The translations under genes and the position numbers were made by a program. Below, piece by piece: positions 37,743 to 52,387 of a DNA stretch of 64,000 bases. Source of the DNA: Eledone cirrhosa (taxonomy: Eukaryota); assembly GCA_964016885.1 (NCBI GenBank), contig OZ024742.1:132122001-132186000 (forward strand), given 5' to 3'. The notes under the pieces are model-generated. The model was not told the origin of the DNA. It saw only the letters and a program-made list of their open reading frames with translations, and ran no database searches. The number at the start of each line of letters is the position of its first letter. The stretch's first letter is position 1.

Positions 37743-37745
<3 letters not shown>
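37551..37745 (+). repeat. 57-bp-arm near-perfect palindrome fused to a PLE-type terminal sequence
   Basis: Arms 37551-37607/37610-37666, one mismatch; tail tacccactct..aagtattgagt..ggtccacctgg..ttcgttata shared with 9700-9780 and 26995-27066. Confidence 0.85.
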
Positions 37746-37780
<35 letters not shown>

Positions 37781-37923
37781 TATATATATATATATATATA
37801 CTGAGCTGATGCGATTTGGAGACTGGGACATATATATATATATACTCCGGTGTTACCAAACGTAAGTTTGGAAGAAACGGTTGTCAGCAATTAAATGATT
37901 TGAACATAGTTTTGATTATTGTG

Positions 37924-37972
<49 letters not shown>

Positions 37973-38176
37973 AGTATAAATTTAAAAGGTAAACAAAAAT
38001 AACAAAACAATCGGTACAGTATATGAAAGGGATATAATAGGTTAACGTTTGATATAGCAAGAAGAGGGTCTCAACGTTTCGGACGCTAGTTTTTTATCAG
38101 AAGAAAGCATGAGAAATAAGACACATGTCTTAATATAAAATAAGATGTAAATCTGTTGGAAGCCTTACAAATACAA

Positions 38177-38312
38177 CGGCGTGTGGCTTAGTGGTTAGAA
38201 AATTGGATTCACAATCGTGACGTTGTAAATTCGATTCCTGGACCGGGCGATGCATTATGTCCTTTAGCAAGACTCTTTATTTCACGTTGCTCCTTCTACA
38301 TGGAGTTGCGAC
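38177..38312 (+). mobile_element. tRNA-derived SINE (family B), partial
   Basis: tggcttagtggttag A box, ttcgattcc B box, then gtcctt.agcaagac.ctttatttcacgttgctcc. Confidence 0.75.
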
Positions 38313-38732
38313 CGATAAATATTATAAGCAATTGGAAAGATCAATGGAAACATTGTTTACTTGGTCCTATTTGACGAAAATCGATCGACTGTCGATATAT
38401 ATATATATAATACTCGGTTCACTATGATAGTGGTTAAAATCCTCCACCAATGCCAACATTGTTTTCCAACCATTTTTCATATCTATAAAGTACCAGTCCA
38501 TTGCTGAAGTCAATTTTCTTCTATTTCCCTTCAGCACATTCTCTCTATCTGCCACATTCTTTTTACCTATTTCTCACTTTTAATGAAAAAGAAATTATTG
38601 ATGAAAAACAAACCGCATCAACAGGGTTTGAACTTTCAATCTCTAAATGCGCCGCAATATATATTACTACGCAAGCAACGGTAGTCTGAACCTTATACAC
38701 CAAATGTGTGAAACAAAAATCACTTATACACA

Positions 38733-39070
<338 letters not shown>

Positions 39071-39172
39071 CGTATATATATATATATATATATAAAACCG
39101 AGTATTATATATATATATATATATATATATAACAGAGTATTATATATATATATATATATATATATAACAGAG

Positions 39173-39233
<61 letters not shown>

Positions 39234-39236
<3 letters not shown>

Positions 39237-39560
39237 CGTTTATGAATTTGTTTAGCAAGATTCTTTATCTGAAAACGTGTGTTGAAACCGATATTGTTAT
39301 ACTTTGGGAGGGTCATGTTGCCAATAAGAAACACAGGCACCACATGCTTTCCACTTCAATTTATTATAAATTAAATTTATAAAGTTAGGAATTTATACAT
39401 TTCCGGTTGGTTGGTTGGTTCCACAACCAGACGATTGTTCATATATTGTCAAAGTTCTTTCGTCACACATTCTGTGATATCTTCAGTTACTGGGGATTCT
39501 TTTCTTTGTTTGTTGTGCCTCTCCTTTGTTCTGTCCTACGCCATTTTGTTTTTGTGTGTG
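39234..39560 (-). mobile_element. Solo pseudo-LTR of the 33.6-37.2 kb PLE family, with HHR (~39448-39490)
   Basis: Colinear with 33642-33960; preceded by (TA)n. Confidence 0.88.
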
Positions 39561-39662
39561 TTCACACACAATAATGCTATATTTTCAAAAATGTCACTTT
39601 GACGAGTCCAAAAAGAAAAACAGACCCTTAAATATATCTCCCGTGCTACTTCCAACTTCATC

Positions 39663-39716
<54 letters not shown>

Positions 39717-39744
39717 TTATATATATATATTTTTTTTTTTTTCA

Positions 39745-39873
39745 ACTCCAGGTAGACAGAGCAAAGTGAAATAAGTGTCTTGCTCAAGGACATAACGCAT
39801 CGGCCGGTTCGGGAATCGAATTCACAACCTCACGATTGCATATCCAATTATCTAACCACTCATCCACCCGCCT
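39745..39873 (-). mobile_element. tRNA-derived SINE (family B), partial
   Basis: Reverse complement resembles 38177-38295 (gagtggttag..ttcgattccc..gtccttgagcaagacactt). Confidence 0.75.
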
Positions 39874-40029
39874 TCACATACAATATATTAATAAATGGAA
39901 ACTATATTTATAAATACAGTTTCCATTTATTAATATATTGTGTATTTACGCCACTAAACTGTTGAGTGCTTTATATCAGTTATACACATTTTAAAGGTTG
40001 TTGAATCCCAACAAATTAAATATAACCTC

Positions 40030-40085
<56 letters not shown>

Positions 40086-40121
40086 TAATTATATGTATAT
40101 ATATACACACATATATGTGTG

Positions 40122-40250
<129 letters not shown>

Positions 40251-40583
40251 TAATTGCGTTTTAGTGGGTCTGTGTTGGGGTATGTATGTTATAGCTAAAT
40301 TATATCAGACTTTCGGAAATTAAAATATAGTTGTGTTTTGCTGATATTTGTAGACCGCAGTGTGTTTGCTGGCAGGATAGCAGAAGGTTGTCAATTGATA
40401 AGCATTTCCCATCACATACATAAATTGCCATCTTTGTTTGAAAGGAGACTGCAGGGCTATTGTGACTTCAACAGATGAAAATAATACTGTGAGAACACGT
40501 GAAGAAATTTTGAATACAATTTATTCGAAACGAGAGACGATACAGATGAGTGTATTTCGGATTTCTCATACAATTATGCCCTG

Positions 40584-40619
<36 letters not shown>

Positions 40620-41339
40620 CATGTGTGTGTGTGTATACATAATCACTATATATATATATATATATTATGTATATAATATATTAATATATACTTACAGACA
40701 ATGAGTATCGCATGAATCCGGCATACAGAAGATACGCAATTCGATTCCTGGAGACGTCCCTGTTTGAATTATTTGACGATACAAGCGTAACAAACAAACA
40801 ACTTCCGATCTTCAGTCATACGTTCCAAACTTGAAAATTCAGAGTTATCAATGATATCACAGGGCGTCCCAGCTTTCTTAATTTAGAATAACTGAGAACG
40901 CCCAGAATATATATCAGCCACTGGGAAAATTATCACAGGGGCTGTTCTGTATCAGACACGACTGCGTGTATCAAGGTAAAAGAGAGTGATCACAGCTCTG
41001 AGACGAATAACAAGACGAAACGAAATCGTAAGTTTACATGAGAAAATTAGCAGCAAAGATACAAACATTTCAAACGTTACCTGAGACAGATTAGATGAAA
41101 ATGAAACAAGGTACGCGACAGGTATCCCAAACACATAATAATGTTATCTAATAACACAACTTTATAAGGTAACATTAATGAATGCCGGCCATCTGAACCT
41201 CACATCCACCACATTTGAAATACGAATAAGAGAGTCAGCAACATGTATTTTAGATATAAGCCAAACTCAATGATATATATATCCGTATGTGGTTGACAAC
41301 GAAGAGAAAATAGTACACAATACCGAAGTAGAATTGTGA

Positions 41340-41480
41340 TATTCATTTTAGTAAGGCTAAATATGGAGTCTTGTTACTCTGGAATTTCGCCTGCTGATCC
41401 AAGGGTTATTAGACAAGAGTTCTTGTGTGATGAAATTCCAAAGTAACAGGACACAATGTTTAGCCTTAATAAAATGAATA
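41340..41480. repeat. 49-bp inverted repeat with 43-bp spacer
   Basis: 41340-41388 vs 41432-41480, about 6 mismatches. Confidence 0.75.
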
Positions 41481-42139
41481 TGTATATAAATATATATATA
41501 TATAATATATATACATGCACAGACCGGCACACGCACACATATTTCATCCAAACATATGCTTTGAATTTAATGTTCATCGAATAAAATAATCAATAAAAAT
41601 GTTCATGTGTTTATTAAACCAATTCATGATATTTTAAATTTGTGGAGCTGCCTTATAGGGACTTGTTTTGTATGCTACCTTCAACACTTTTTTGACTATT
41701 CCTATAAAATTACTGCCCTTCTGTAGGAGGTTAATTTTTAGGCACAATGTAATTTTATTTTGAAAGCCGAGCTTGGACAGATTGCTAGTTTAGTATACAA
41801 CGTGAGATTTATATATCAAAGACCCCATGTCCACTGATTATTGGAACATTTCTCGCTAGTCTTGACGATGTCGATTAGAAAAATCGATAATTGGTGATTG
41901 ATACCAATCATTAAAATTGATTATAAACTAGCGATTCAGGATTTCCATGAAATAGCCGTCTGAGAATTTATAATTTAAGTGAGTACATTTATTAGTTTTT
42001 GTTCTATATATATGAACATAATTCTAGTTTTTGTTTCTCAACGTGATATATGGAAAATGTTTTGGTATATCCTTTAAATTTGTATAAAATATGTTCTCAA
42101 TTTAATGTTCAACGAGCTGCCTGTGTTGAGTAACATAAT

Positions 42140-42209
<70 letters not shown>

Positions 42210-42338
42210 GTGACGGTTTTTTACAAAATAAAAAATAACCGAGGTGTCCTACACGAGTGAAAGTATAAAGAAAAACAAATGAGATCGAAAATGTAACTGG
42301 AGTCTTATTTAAAAATATATATATATATTTATTTGGTT

Positions 42339-42376
42339 CCTTTACCGGTTTCGCAGTTCTTCTGCTTTTCAAAAGT
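42339..42376 (-). ncRNA. Degenerate hammerhead motif in the 3' end of the second PLE
   Basis: rc: ctt TTGAAAA gcag aagaa ctgc GAAA ccgg TA aagg, then aataaa; palindromic ACCGGT. Confidence 0.5.
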
Positions 42377-43006
42377 AGAGTTGAGATGGAGTGTCTGTGG
42401 TTTTTCTCACATCTGGTTGATCTTTGAATTTTACTTGTTTTATATGGAAAAATGGTTCGAAACGCCAGGTTTTTAGAGAAATAATTTGATTGGTTGGTCA
42501 ATAAGTATAATAAATTTCGCGCCAGTTCGCGTTACAAAGTTCTTCAAACAAGGGGGTCTCAGGTTGTTTTTTCATATATGAGTGTTTGAATTTCTTTTTA
42601 GAAAGCGGCTCACGAAGGCTTTTTTATAAAAATGTAATTTGATTGGTTATAAATGAAATTATGGCTGTCACGTCCACAAGTTCGTTAAAATTCGCGCCCG
42701 TATTTGGGAATTTATCTTGTAGACTTTTAGAGAATTTTCAGACAATAAAAAAGTGACTCCCGAAGGCTTTTTTAAAAAAATGCAATTTGATTGGTTATAA
42801 ATGAAATTATGACTGTCACGTGAACAAGTTCCGCGCCAGTATTTGGAAATTTATTTTGTACCCTTTTAGAGAATTTTATGACAAGCAAAAGAATGGTCAA
42901 GAGAAATGGGATGGGAGAATCGTTCTGGCTCAGTGAATATGGCTAGTTCGCTGGGGTGTCAGAGTTCAGATTGTCTATTGAAATAAAGAAAGTAGACATA
43001 TGTATA

Positions 43007-43046
<40 letters not shown>

Positions 43047-43540
43047 GGAAGATGCTTCTATTGGTAGAAATGGGGGAGGGAGTTGTGTGTGTGTATATAT
43101 GGGTGTTATGTGTGTGTGGGGGGCACTATCTTAAGATGGAGAGAATATATATATATTTTGTGTGTGTGTGTGTAGGAAAGTGATTCTATTAGTAGAAATG
43201 GGGGAGGGAGTTGTGTGTGTGTGGAGGGTGTTATGCGTGTGTGTATGGGTGTTATGTATCTGTGGGAGTATGGTTAGCATGTTACGATGAAGAGAATATA
43301 TGTTTTCTGTGTGTGTGTGTGTGTGTGTGCGTGTGTGTGTGTGTAGGAAAATGATTCCGTTAGTAGGAATATTTTTGAATGAACATTTTTTTCCTTACTT
43401 ATTCGTATTTGTTCTGTTGTCAGCGCAAACGTATGTTAAAGTTTATTTAGTTCGGGTTTTCATTTCCTAAAGTAGAAGGTGTTATGTGTGTGTGTGTCTG
43501 TTTGGATGGTTAGCATGTTATGGTGTTGACATAATGTATA

Positions 43541-46500
43541 TTAAACCATATTTAATGCTGGTCTATATTTTTGAATAAACATATTTTCCTTATTTATTCG
43601 TATTTGTTCTGTTGTATTGTCAGCGCAAAGATAAAATGGGAAGACATTGGGTGCCTTATTACTTGCGCAAATGTCTAGATGTGCGCTTATTGGTATATGT
43701 CTCGTGGTTGGATCTCGTAATTGTTGGCGATGAACTGTCATTCTATTTAGGAGTGTGAGTTTAGTTTGTTCTATATAATCTTCATTGCATCCTTTACATT
43801 TAATGGCATAAAGTCGATTTTTTGATGAACAACTGAAGTGATTTTCTACAGCAAAATTTTGTCCTGATTTAAATGTATACGTGTTGCCTTCAATGAGGTG
43901 ATTGCAGGTTCCACAATTAGAACGAGCACATTTTTTGACAGTTGGTTGTGGATTTGTGGTAGGTAATTTGGCGTTGGTAAATAATGTTTTCAATGATTTC
44001 GGAGGTCTTTGGCTTTTGATTATTTTGTGTGTTTCAAGGGCTTTTTTCATTCTTGGGTCTTGTTTCAGTAGTGGGATGTTCTTGTGAATAGTGTTGTAAG
44101 CTTCCGCATTTCTTGGGTTGTATGTTGAGATATATGATAGAATATTGGACGTAACTTGATTTTGTTTCTGTTTTCGTAATTCATCAATGCCTATTACTTT
44201 AGCCCTTTCTATTCCATTATTTATTAGTAATTGTGGGTACTGTCTTTCGAGTAGAACTTCCTTTAGTTCTTGAAGTCTTTTATTTCGCGTTTCATAATTG
44301 GAGACAAATGTGCAAATTCTTCTAGCTAGGTTAAACAGAATGTTCGTCTTCGTCTGTTTGGATGGTTGGAGGTGAATAGCAGGTGTTGTTTGGAATCTGT
44401 TGGTTTGTAGTGTATGTCAGTTTCTATATTTGTGTCTTTTTTTAAGATTAAGATGTCCAGAAATGGGAGTTGATCTTGGCTGTATTCCATTGTGAATTGG
44501 ATGTGGTTATTGATGCCGTTTATTACATTTTTGAAATCATTCAGTTGGTCGAGTGTGTGGAGCCAAAGTATGAGACAATCATCCAAGTAGCGTTTCCAAT
44601 TCTCTGATAAATATTTGTGCAAGTTCAATCCGTATTTTGATTTGGACTGTTCATATATCTGGACTTCTAAGTATGGCATGACTAAGTTGGCATAAGTTGG
44701 AGAGGCTTTTGTACCCATCGCAGTCCCCGATATTTGCTTGTAAGTACTGCCATAGAAATCAAAAATGTTGTTCTGTAAGATACATTTTAATCTCTCGGTG
44801 ATGAAGCTTTTTTCTCTTCTGCCAGGTATCTCATTTGGATATTTCTCTAGCCAGAATCCTATTGCTTCTAGTCCGTATTTGTGTGTGATCGTTGTGTAGA
44901 GATTCACTACATCGAAAGACACAATAATAGTATCGTTGTTTACATGTTTGGAAAGGTGGTTTAAGAGGTCCAGATCGTCTCTTACAAGGCTTGGTATGTG
45001 TTTGAGAATTGGTTTTAGTAGTATGTCTATAAAGTTTCTCAGTCTGTGTTTCACATTGTGGGCCCGCTACAATTGGTCTTAATTTAAGGTATGTGTGGTA
45101 TTGTGTGTTCACGCAGGCTGAGGGGGATTGTTTTCAGGCATCGTTAATTATTTTACACTTGTGGATCTTCGGAAGTCCGTAAAGGTTGCTGGTTTTATAT
45201 TCAATATATTTTAAATAATCGCGTTCCTTTTTAGTTAAGTCTTCCTGGTATCGACAAATCAGTGTATTTAATCTGGTCATTGTTTTTGATTGCTGGTAAT
45301 TTTTTACTCTTTCATAGTAATTAGTATTTTGTAAGAGAGAGAGCATAGCCTTTTTATATTTTTCAGCATTCATAATGGCAAAAGTACTTCCCTTGTGCAC
45401 TTCCTTAATTATAATGTCCGTACTGTTTTTTAGTTCATGGATAATCCCCCATTCCCTTCGACCCGTTTTGGGTTTGTGTTTAGGTTGCGGTAGTTCATGG
45501 TTTGGGAAAGTGGCTATTGTGGTCACAAAATTTGTCCAGAACTCTGTTTCTACCTTTTGTTGGGTTGCAGCTGCTTTTATTCAGTACAATTGATTGGTCG
45601 TTATTCTCCTTGTCAAAGAATTCCTCTGTGAGACGTAATTTTCTACAAAAGTGTGAGATATCGTCATTTATCTCATTGAAGTTAGAGTATTGTGGTGTTG
45701 GTGTGCATTTCAGTTCTTTGGAGAGAATTTTTACTTGTTGGGCTGAGAGGTTTGTAATTGAAAGGTTGATTATTTTCGGTTTTTCAAAATCGGTTTGTGC
45801 CACCGGGTTACGTGGGTCCTGTAGCCTTGGTCTAAAAAATGATTTTTCTGGAATGTTTTTTTCAATGGTATTATTATATCTAATGTCATTTCCCCTGTTG
45901 TTGTGTGGACTAAATATAGAAGTTTCGGACGTATTAAGGTTCGGTTTCTTGATATTCCGGGTTGTATATGTTGTTCCTTTGTATGGGATGGGATCTACGA
46001 TTTTGGAACAGGCTCTGTGTGGGTAGGGGGTCTACGGTTTTGGAATAGCTTTTGTGAGGGTTGTGATCTGCGGATCGGGTCCTGTCTTGTGTTGGGGGAT
46101 CTTCGGTTTTTGCTAGTAGGGTTAAAGTTTTGTCTATGGTTCTGGGATTATCGTTATACATTTGCCGGGGGTATATTGGACGTTTTGTTACTTTTGTTGT
46201 TGTTTGTTGTGCATGTTTTGTTACTTTTTTTGTTATTTGTTGTGCATGTGGTGTGTGACTTTTAGTTTGTTTTAAAAATGGGTTAACTGCATGTTGTTCA
46301 TTTTTGAATTCCATTTCGTTGTTGTTAACTCAGGTGGCGTTTTTTCCCATCGCTGGATGGATGTTAGTTCTTCATCCTCACAGTTTTCTTTCCAAAGTTT
46401 TAAGGTTTTTTCATAGAGTAGGCCTTCAGAGTGCTTTCTGTTACCATCTGTTGGTCGAGTGTCTTGAATATTTCTTCGTTGGAGTTGGCTGTTAATCGCA

Positions 46501-46560
46501 ACAGTTCTATTTCTATTTAAAATTGTTCTAACGCCATAGTTTCCCTAAGTCTTTTTTGGT
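43541..46560 (-). pseudogene. Frameshifted PLE RT + GIY-YIG polyprotein
   Basis: LYGLPKIHK, LRPIVAGP, SFDVVNLYT, QISGTAMGT, RYLDDC, LPFLDI, HYKPTDS; CARSNCGTC..LYAIKCKGC..YI(E)QT..R..H. Confidence 0.9.
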
Positions 46561-46634
46561 TGTCTGGTTCATTCGGGATGGGTATACATACATATACACC
46601 TATATATATATATATATGTATATATACACATACA

Positions 46635-46702
<68 letters not shown>

Positions 46703-46764
46703 TATGTATATATATGTATATATATATATATATATATACACATATATATATATACATATAAACA

Positions 46765-46798
<34 letters not shown>

Positions 46799-46808
46799 CA
46801 TATAAACA

Positions 46809-46933
<125 letters not shown>

Positions 46934-47520
46934 GTATATCTATGTATATATATATAGATCTATAGATAAAAAGGTATGTATATGGACGCTTATAAAAACA
47001 AGACAAATACACACATATATATATATGTATATATGTGTGTGTGTATGGTGTGTGCTTATATGTAACAATCCGTTTCTTTTAAGCAGAGGACATATGATAT
47101 CAAGCTAAGTCTCGTCACCTGATGGTAATATAAATGAATCGTATCAGTAATAGAAACACTACTGCATCAGTCAAAAACTCCACTTGCTTGTCTAAGAAGC
47201 TACATTCAATAATGGTACTGATTTACCATAAATCCTGGCTAATGTTATCACTAAGAACATTAAAAGCTTATTGATGTTCTGCTCTACGGGAGGGCACACG
47301 CTGCAAAATATGCTAGGTCTCTAGAATGCAATGCAATGAATGGCGGTATGACGGAAAAGCCAATGTAGACGAGGGCTTAATGAAAACGATAAAAACTAGA
47401 AATAAAATAAAAATATAATGGGAAGCTTGATACAAAGAAAGTTTAAAGATGAGTAGTAAGCAAAATTGAAATACGCAAGACAAGAAAAATAAATAAGTAG
47501 AGATGGAGGAATAAAATCGG

Positions 47521-47622
<102 letters not shown>

Positions 47623-48270
47623 TATATAGTGATAACTCATTTATAGTGTTAGAGTTATAGAGAAATGTTCAGTGTCAGAAAGGTAGCGATAGAAAATTAT
47701 AAATGTAGGAATTTACAAGTGAAGCAGTCATTTGTGAAACAAAATACATTAGGATATAATTCCAAAGGTATAAAGAGACAGATAGATGAATTATTATAGA
47801 GTGAGGGTGTTTATCTGGGCATGAAAGACAGAGAGAAAGGGAGAGGGAAAGAGAGAGGAGGGAGAGCGAGTTAGAGAGAGAGAGAGAACGAGTTAGAGAG
47901 ATAGAGAAAGAGAGAATGAAAGATAGAACGATTTAGAGATGTAAAAAGAAAGAGAGTGAGAGATAGATACAGAGAGTAGAAGAAAGAAAGAGAGATTCAA
48001 TGATAAATTCCACTTGGAAGGCACTCAGAAATTGGAAAACATAGATGGGATATAATGCCGACTAATTTACAAATGCAAGACGTGTATGAAATAAAATTTA
48101 CAGGAATATAAGATGAGAAATAAAGGGAGATAGACAATTGAGGTTGAGCTAAAGAAGGAGTCAAGAAGTGGACACAGAAGAAGTTAGGAGAGGGGGTGCA
48201 AAAATGAGAAATTAAAATATATAAATATATAAAGGTAACATAATTTCTGCTTTCGTAAGTAATCTATCAA

Positions 48271-48303
<33 letters not shown>

Positions 48304-48306
<3 letters not shown>

Positions 48307-48369
48307 GGTGTCGCCTCCAAAATGTATACGCAAATACCACAAATTTGTATATATTTTGGGTGGCCAGCC

Positions 48370-48371
<2 letters not shown>
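48304..48371. mobile_element. Tiny Tc1/mariner-type MITE
   Basis: TA|cagggtgtcgcctccaaaatgtatac ... gtatatattttgggtggccagcctg|TA imperfect TIRs. Confidence 0.55.
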
Positions 48372-48401
<30 letters not shown>

Positions 48402-49279
48402 CGAGGTGGGTCAGAAAAGTTCCAGGACTGATGTCACAAAAGATTTATTTCAAACCCAAACTTCACACAAGAGTTTTCTCCTTCAAAGTAATCCCCATTT
48501 GAGTCTGATGCACTTTTCCATCCTTTTCTGCCACGCTTGCATGCACTCCAGCAAGGATTCTTCCGGGATCCTCCGCAGTTCCGTCGTCACGGCCTTTTTG
48601 ATGTCGTCCACGGCTTCAAAACCGGTCCCCTCCGAATCATACTCGAAGATCCATGACTGTCCCTAGCAAGTCTGGTTCGGTTTCAAGACGCTCGAGGATG
48701 TCCAGGCACACTTGCATGCGTCGACCCTTCTGGTCATCGTTCAGCAGTTTTGGCACCATCTTCGCGCAGACTTTCCGCATGTCGAAATCGTCAGTGAGAA
48801 TCTTCCAGACGCTGTCCCGATTCATGCCCAGCTCATTTGCCATCAGTTGAACAGTCAGCCGACGATCGCTACGCACCATCTGCCTGACGCGGTCAACGTT
48901 GACGTCAGTCATGGTTGGTAAGGGCCTTCCTCTCCTGGGGTCATCTTCCACGTCCTCGCGCCCTTCTTTAAACCTCTTGCACCACTCAGAAACACGTGAG
49001 CGTGACATCGTCTCATCTCCATACACATGCTGCAGCAATCCCAGTGCTCCTGGCGGAGTTTTCAAGTATGTCCGTTGCTCTGTGCTCATTGCTTGACGAC
49101 CTGAAACAGAGGACATGTATATAAAATTATGAAGAAAAAAGTTTGATCGCTGCAGAGAGCTAAGATTACAGTTACATACTCCAGGCGGATTACTTTGAAG
49201 GAGAAAACTCTTAGTGTGGAGTTTGCGTTAAAATAAATCTTTTGTGACATCAGTTCTGGAAATTTTCTGACCCAACTCA
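48402..49279 (-). mobile_element. Internally deleted mariner transposon
   Basis: Long TIRs (gaggtgggtcagaaaagttccaggactgatgtcacaaaagatttatt); ORF 48637-49116 has HTH and RKVCAKMVPKLL (WVPHEL-like); catalytic DDD domain mostly missing. Confidence 0.92.
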
Positions 49280-49307
49280 CATATACACAAATACATACAT
49301 ACATATA

Positions 49308-49902
49308 TGAGGGACTCATTTTATAACATGTTATCCATGTGCAACCAGCAGTATTCTTCTCACCCATATGTTCATATATTTACCCAAACTGCGATTCTGT
49401 GTTTCTCTCTTTCTCTCTTACTGCTCCCTCGTTTTCTCTGTTTCTCTTACTTTCTTTCGTCCCCTCTGCCATGTCAGTTAACTCTTTCTCTCTACTGAAC
49501 TCTTCCTCGCACGCCCACTCACTCAGTCCCTGTTTCTCCCCTTCTTTCTTCCTCCCGTTCGCTGGGAAAACGGTTTTCATTCTTTCTAAAACCGGATTCA
49601 CTAGCGAAAGGTCTGTTTTCTGACTCGCTCATATATTCACACAGCTTATGCTGAAAGAATAACTATGTTGCTTGTGTTTATTTTCATCTTCGGTTAGCTT
49701 CCCCCTGTGTTGTTTACTTGTCTCGCTTGCTTTACGCGTTTCTATTGTCCTAATAACTTATTTTAGTCATTATCGCTCCAACGTGAGGTATATGATTTTT
49801 AATGCGATGAAATACCCATGATCTTTTGGTAAATCACTGATGAGGGACTCATTTTATAACATGTTATCCATGTGCAACCAGCAGTATTCTTCTCACCCAT
49901 AT
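49308..49902 (+). repeat. Non-coding element with 62-bp terminal direct repeats (period 533), related to 52390-53420
   Basis: tgagggactcattttataac...ctcacccatat at 49308 and 49841; shared motif tgaggtatatg..gcgatgaaat..cactgatga. Confidence 0.7.
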
Positions 49903-51951
49903 TTTTTTATATATATATAAGTAAGATGTATGGTAGGTCGTATGTGAATCGCGATGATCACGTCTGACTTACCAAATATGTGACGGTAGCTAGTTAAGCT
50001 CTATGCGTATACGCAGAGCAGAAATATTTGTCTTGAATATACAGAAATATCTGTCTTGAATATACAGGGCTGACGGAATATGGATAACACGACCACCATC
50101 TAAGCTGAGACCGACCCATACAGCAAACAAAGAGGGGACAGCCCTTCGCTTTTGACCAGTCGCGTGTGGACTTGGAGTTCGTAATATATCACCCCAGTCA
50201 AATCCACACTGGTTTTTTAACGATGTAGCATGTAGACCAATACATCCTGCGTAGCGAAACCTTGGACTTAGAACCGGCAGGCTCGTCTATCGCGAAAGCG
50301 TTCAACCCCTGAAACTAAAAGATCGAACGCACCACATCCGGCAACCACTGGCTATTAGATCCACAGGTACATCTCCCAGAGAGTCCACGCAGATGATAGT
50401 GAACCCCAGGTGATCTATGAACGTTTAAACAAGACCAGCTGCGCCTGGAGCTATGCAGATGACTGCATACACATAATGGATATCGCGCCTGGAGCTATGC
50501 AGGGGACTGCATAGGCAGAATGGATATCGCGCCCACACGGTCACCAGTACTGTTCATCATGTTATATGTATGTAAATATCAGTGCGCGGGATATCCCTGA
50601 GTACATTTTCTTGACCATCAATTGTTAATCGATTGTTTGTTATCTAGGCAGGAATGTACCATTGTGTCTGTGCTAGTCCTATGTGTTGGTGTGTGTGTGT
50701 AAAGTATCCGAGCGCGGGATATCCCTGAGCTAATTTTGCCTGACCGTTAATAGTGTTCTGATTACTTGTTGATTGGGCAGGAATATATATTGTTGTCTTT
50801 GTTGATCCTGTATCAATAAGTTTGTGATAATTTTGTAATAATTTTGTGATAATTTTGTAATAATTTTGCGATAATTTTATGATAATTTGATAATTTTGTG
50901 ATGATTTTGTGGTAATTGTGTGATGATTTGATAATTTTGTAATGATTTTGTGGTAATTTTGTAATCATTTTGTAATCATTTTTAATCCTGTATCAATAAT
51001 TTTAGAATGTTTTTTTTTTTTTTGTGTTTTTTTTTTTTTTTTTTTTTTTTTCGTGTAGTACATGGTTAGATCACTGAAGCTACCTCATACCTTCTTAAAG
51101 ATACATTTTATAATTATTGTCTTTTTGCTTATGTATTCTCTTAGTTACCACTTTCTTTAATCTTGCCCAACTTGATAAACTAATTGAATTGCTCCCTAAT
51201 TAAATTACTTAAATTACTTAGATTATTGTATCTATTATGCCTGAGTTGTATCTGTTGAAGCAGCCCTTTGAAAATTCCTCGGATATCCCAAATACCATAA
51301 TATTTAATTTTTAACTTTTAATGTATAATTTTCCTCAATTCGCTTTTATATATATCCTTAAAGGGTCTCTAAAATTTTAATTCTCCGAAGGGTCTCTCGG
51401 AAGAAGTTCCTATTGGAAATATTAAAGGGGCCTTTTCTGAGAGATTTATAGAAGGCTCTCTGAATTAACCTCTAATTGATTAGTTTCTTTCAACCTAGTT
51501 TTCAATTCAGTTTTCTGAATTTTGTAAACGTGATCTCGGGGGAAGAAGGTTTTTTTCTTTCGAAAAAAATTTTTTCTCTAGAAGAAATTTCATAGGAACT
51601 TTATATATTTTTTAGGGAAACTTTATATCTTTATTTTCTTATTTTATTAGCCTCTTAATTTTCTTCTAGTCTAGTAGGTTTATTGGAGCCTGTAAGCTTT
51701 ATGCACTCATTGAGGGATTTTCTAAGGTGCTTCTACGGGACCCCAAGTCTTTTAGTTTAATGTTGATGCGTAAATTATATATTTTTGTCTAATTTTTAAA
51801 CTTCAATCCCTGACCCCAACAACTAATATAAAAGAGCCCCCCTTAGAATATGGACCCCAACTATACAAGCGGAGTTGCTGATGTATACAGCAATTTCAAA
51901 CTGCTAGCCTTGAGTGATACGTAAACAATGATCTTGCAATCACATGTTATA

Positions 51952-51998
51952 TGCTTTGATAAGTCCCACCATGGGGTCGGACGAAACGGCTGTCGGCA
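51952..51998 (+). ncRNA. Degenerate hammerhead motif
   Basis: tgct TTGATAA gtcc..ggac GAAA cggctg TC ggca ataaa. Confidence 0.55.
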
Positions 51999-52042
51999 AT
52001 AAACTTGTTATAATGTCATAATAGTTCCTTTGTTCTTTTTCA

Positions 52043-52149
<107 letters not shown>

Positions 52150-52193
52150 AAGTTAAATAAAAGTCAAATGATTAAAATTTAGCTTCGTTTATT

Positions 52194-52247
52194 ACTGGTA
52201 TATATATTTCAGTGACAGCCATCTTTGGCTGTGACTCTTCAGGCAGT
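52194..52247 (-). ncRNA. Type I hammerhead ribozyme (same family as 4292-4347)
   Basis: rc: actgc CTGAAGA gtcacagccaaagatggctgtcact GAAA tatata TA ccagt aataaa. Confidence 0.7.
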
Positions 52248-52387
52248 TTGAATTAGTATGGTATAGACAAGTACATATGTTGTTTAGGTGTATATTATTG
52301 TCAATACTCTGATATGTCCAGTTCCTTGTTGGGTTGTTAATTCACTGAGGAACTGGAGTCAGTTCCTCAGTGAATTAATAAACCCAA

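Larger units (their letters stand above)
42203..46570 (-). mobile_element. Second PLE lineage (Penelope/Poseidon-like), nearly complete but frameshifted, with repetitive 3' UTR
   Basis: Successive ORF fragments 45495-45803, 45134-45526, 44326-45054 and 43541-44050; (TA)n at both ends. Confidence 0.9.

Noticed and set aside
38590-38690. tRNA gene on the minus strand
   Set aside because: Only a B-box-like ggttcaaacc is visible; no cloverleaf
49805-49845. SECIS element or box C/D snoRNA (gatga...ctga)
   Set aside because: No apical AA at the SECIS spacing, poor helix II, and too short for a C/D snoRNA
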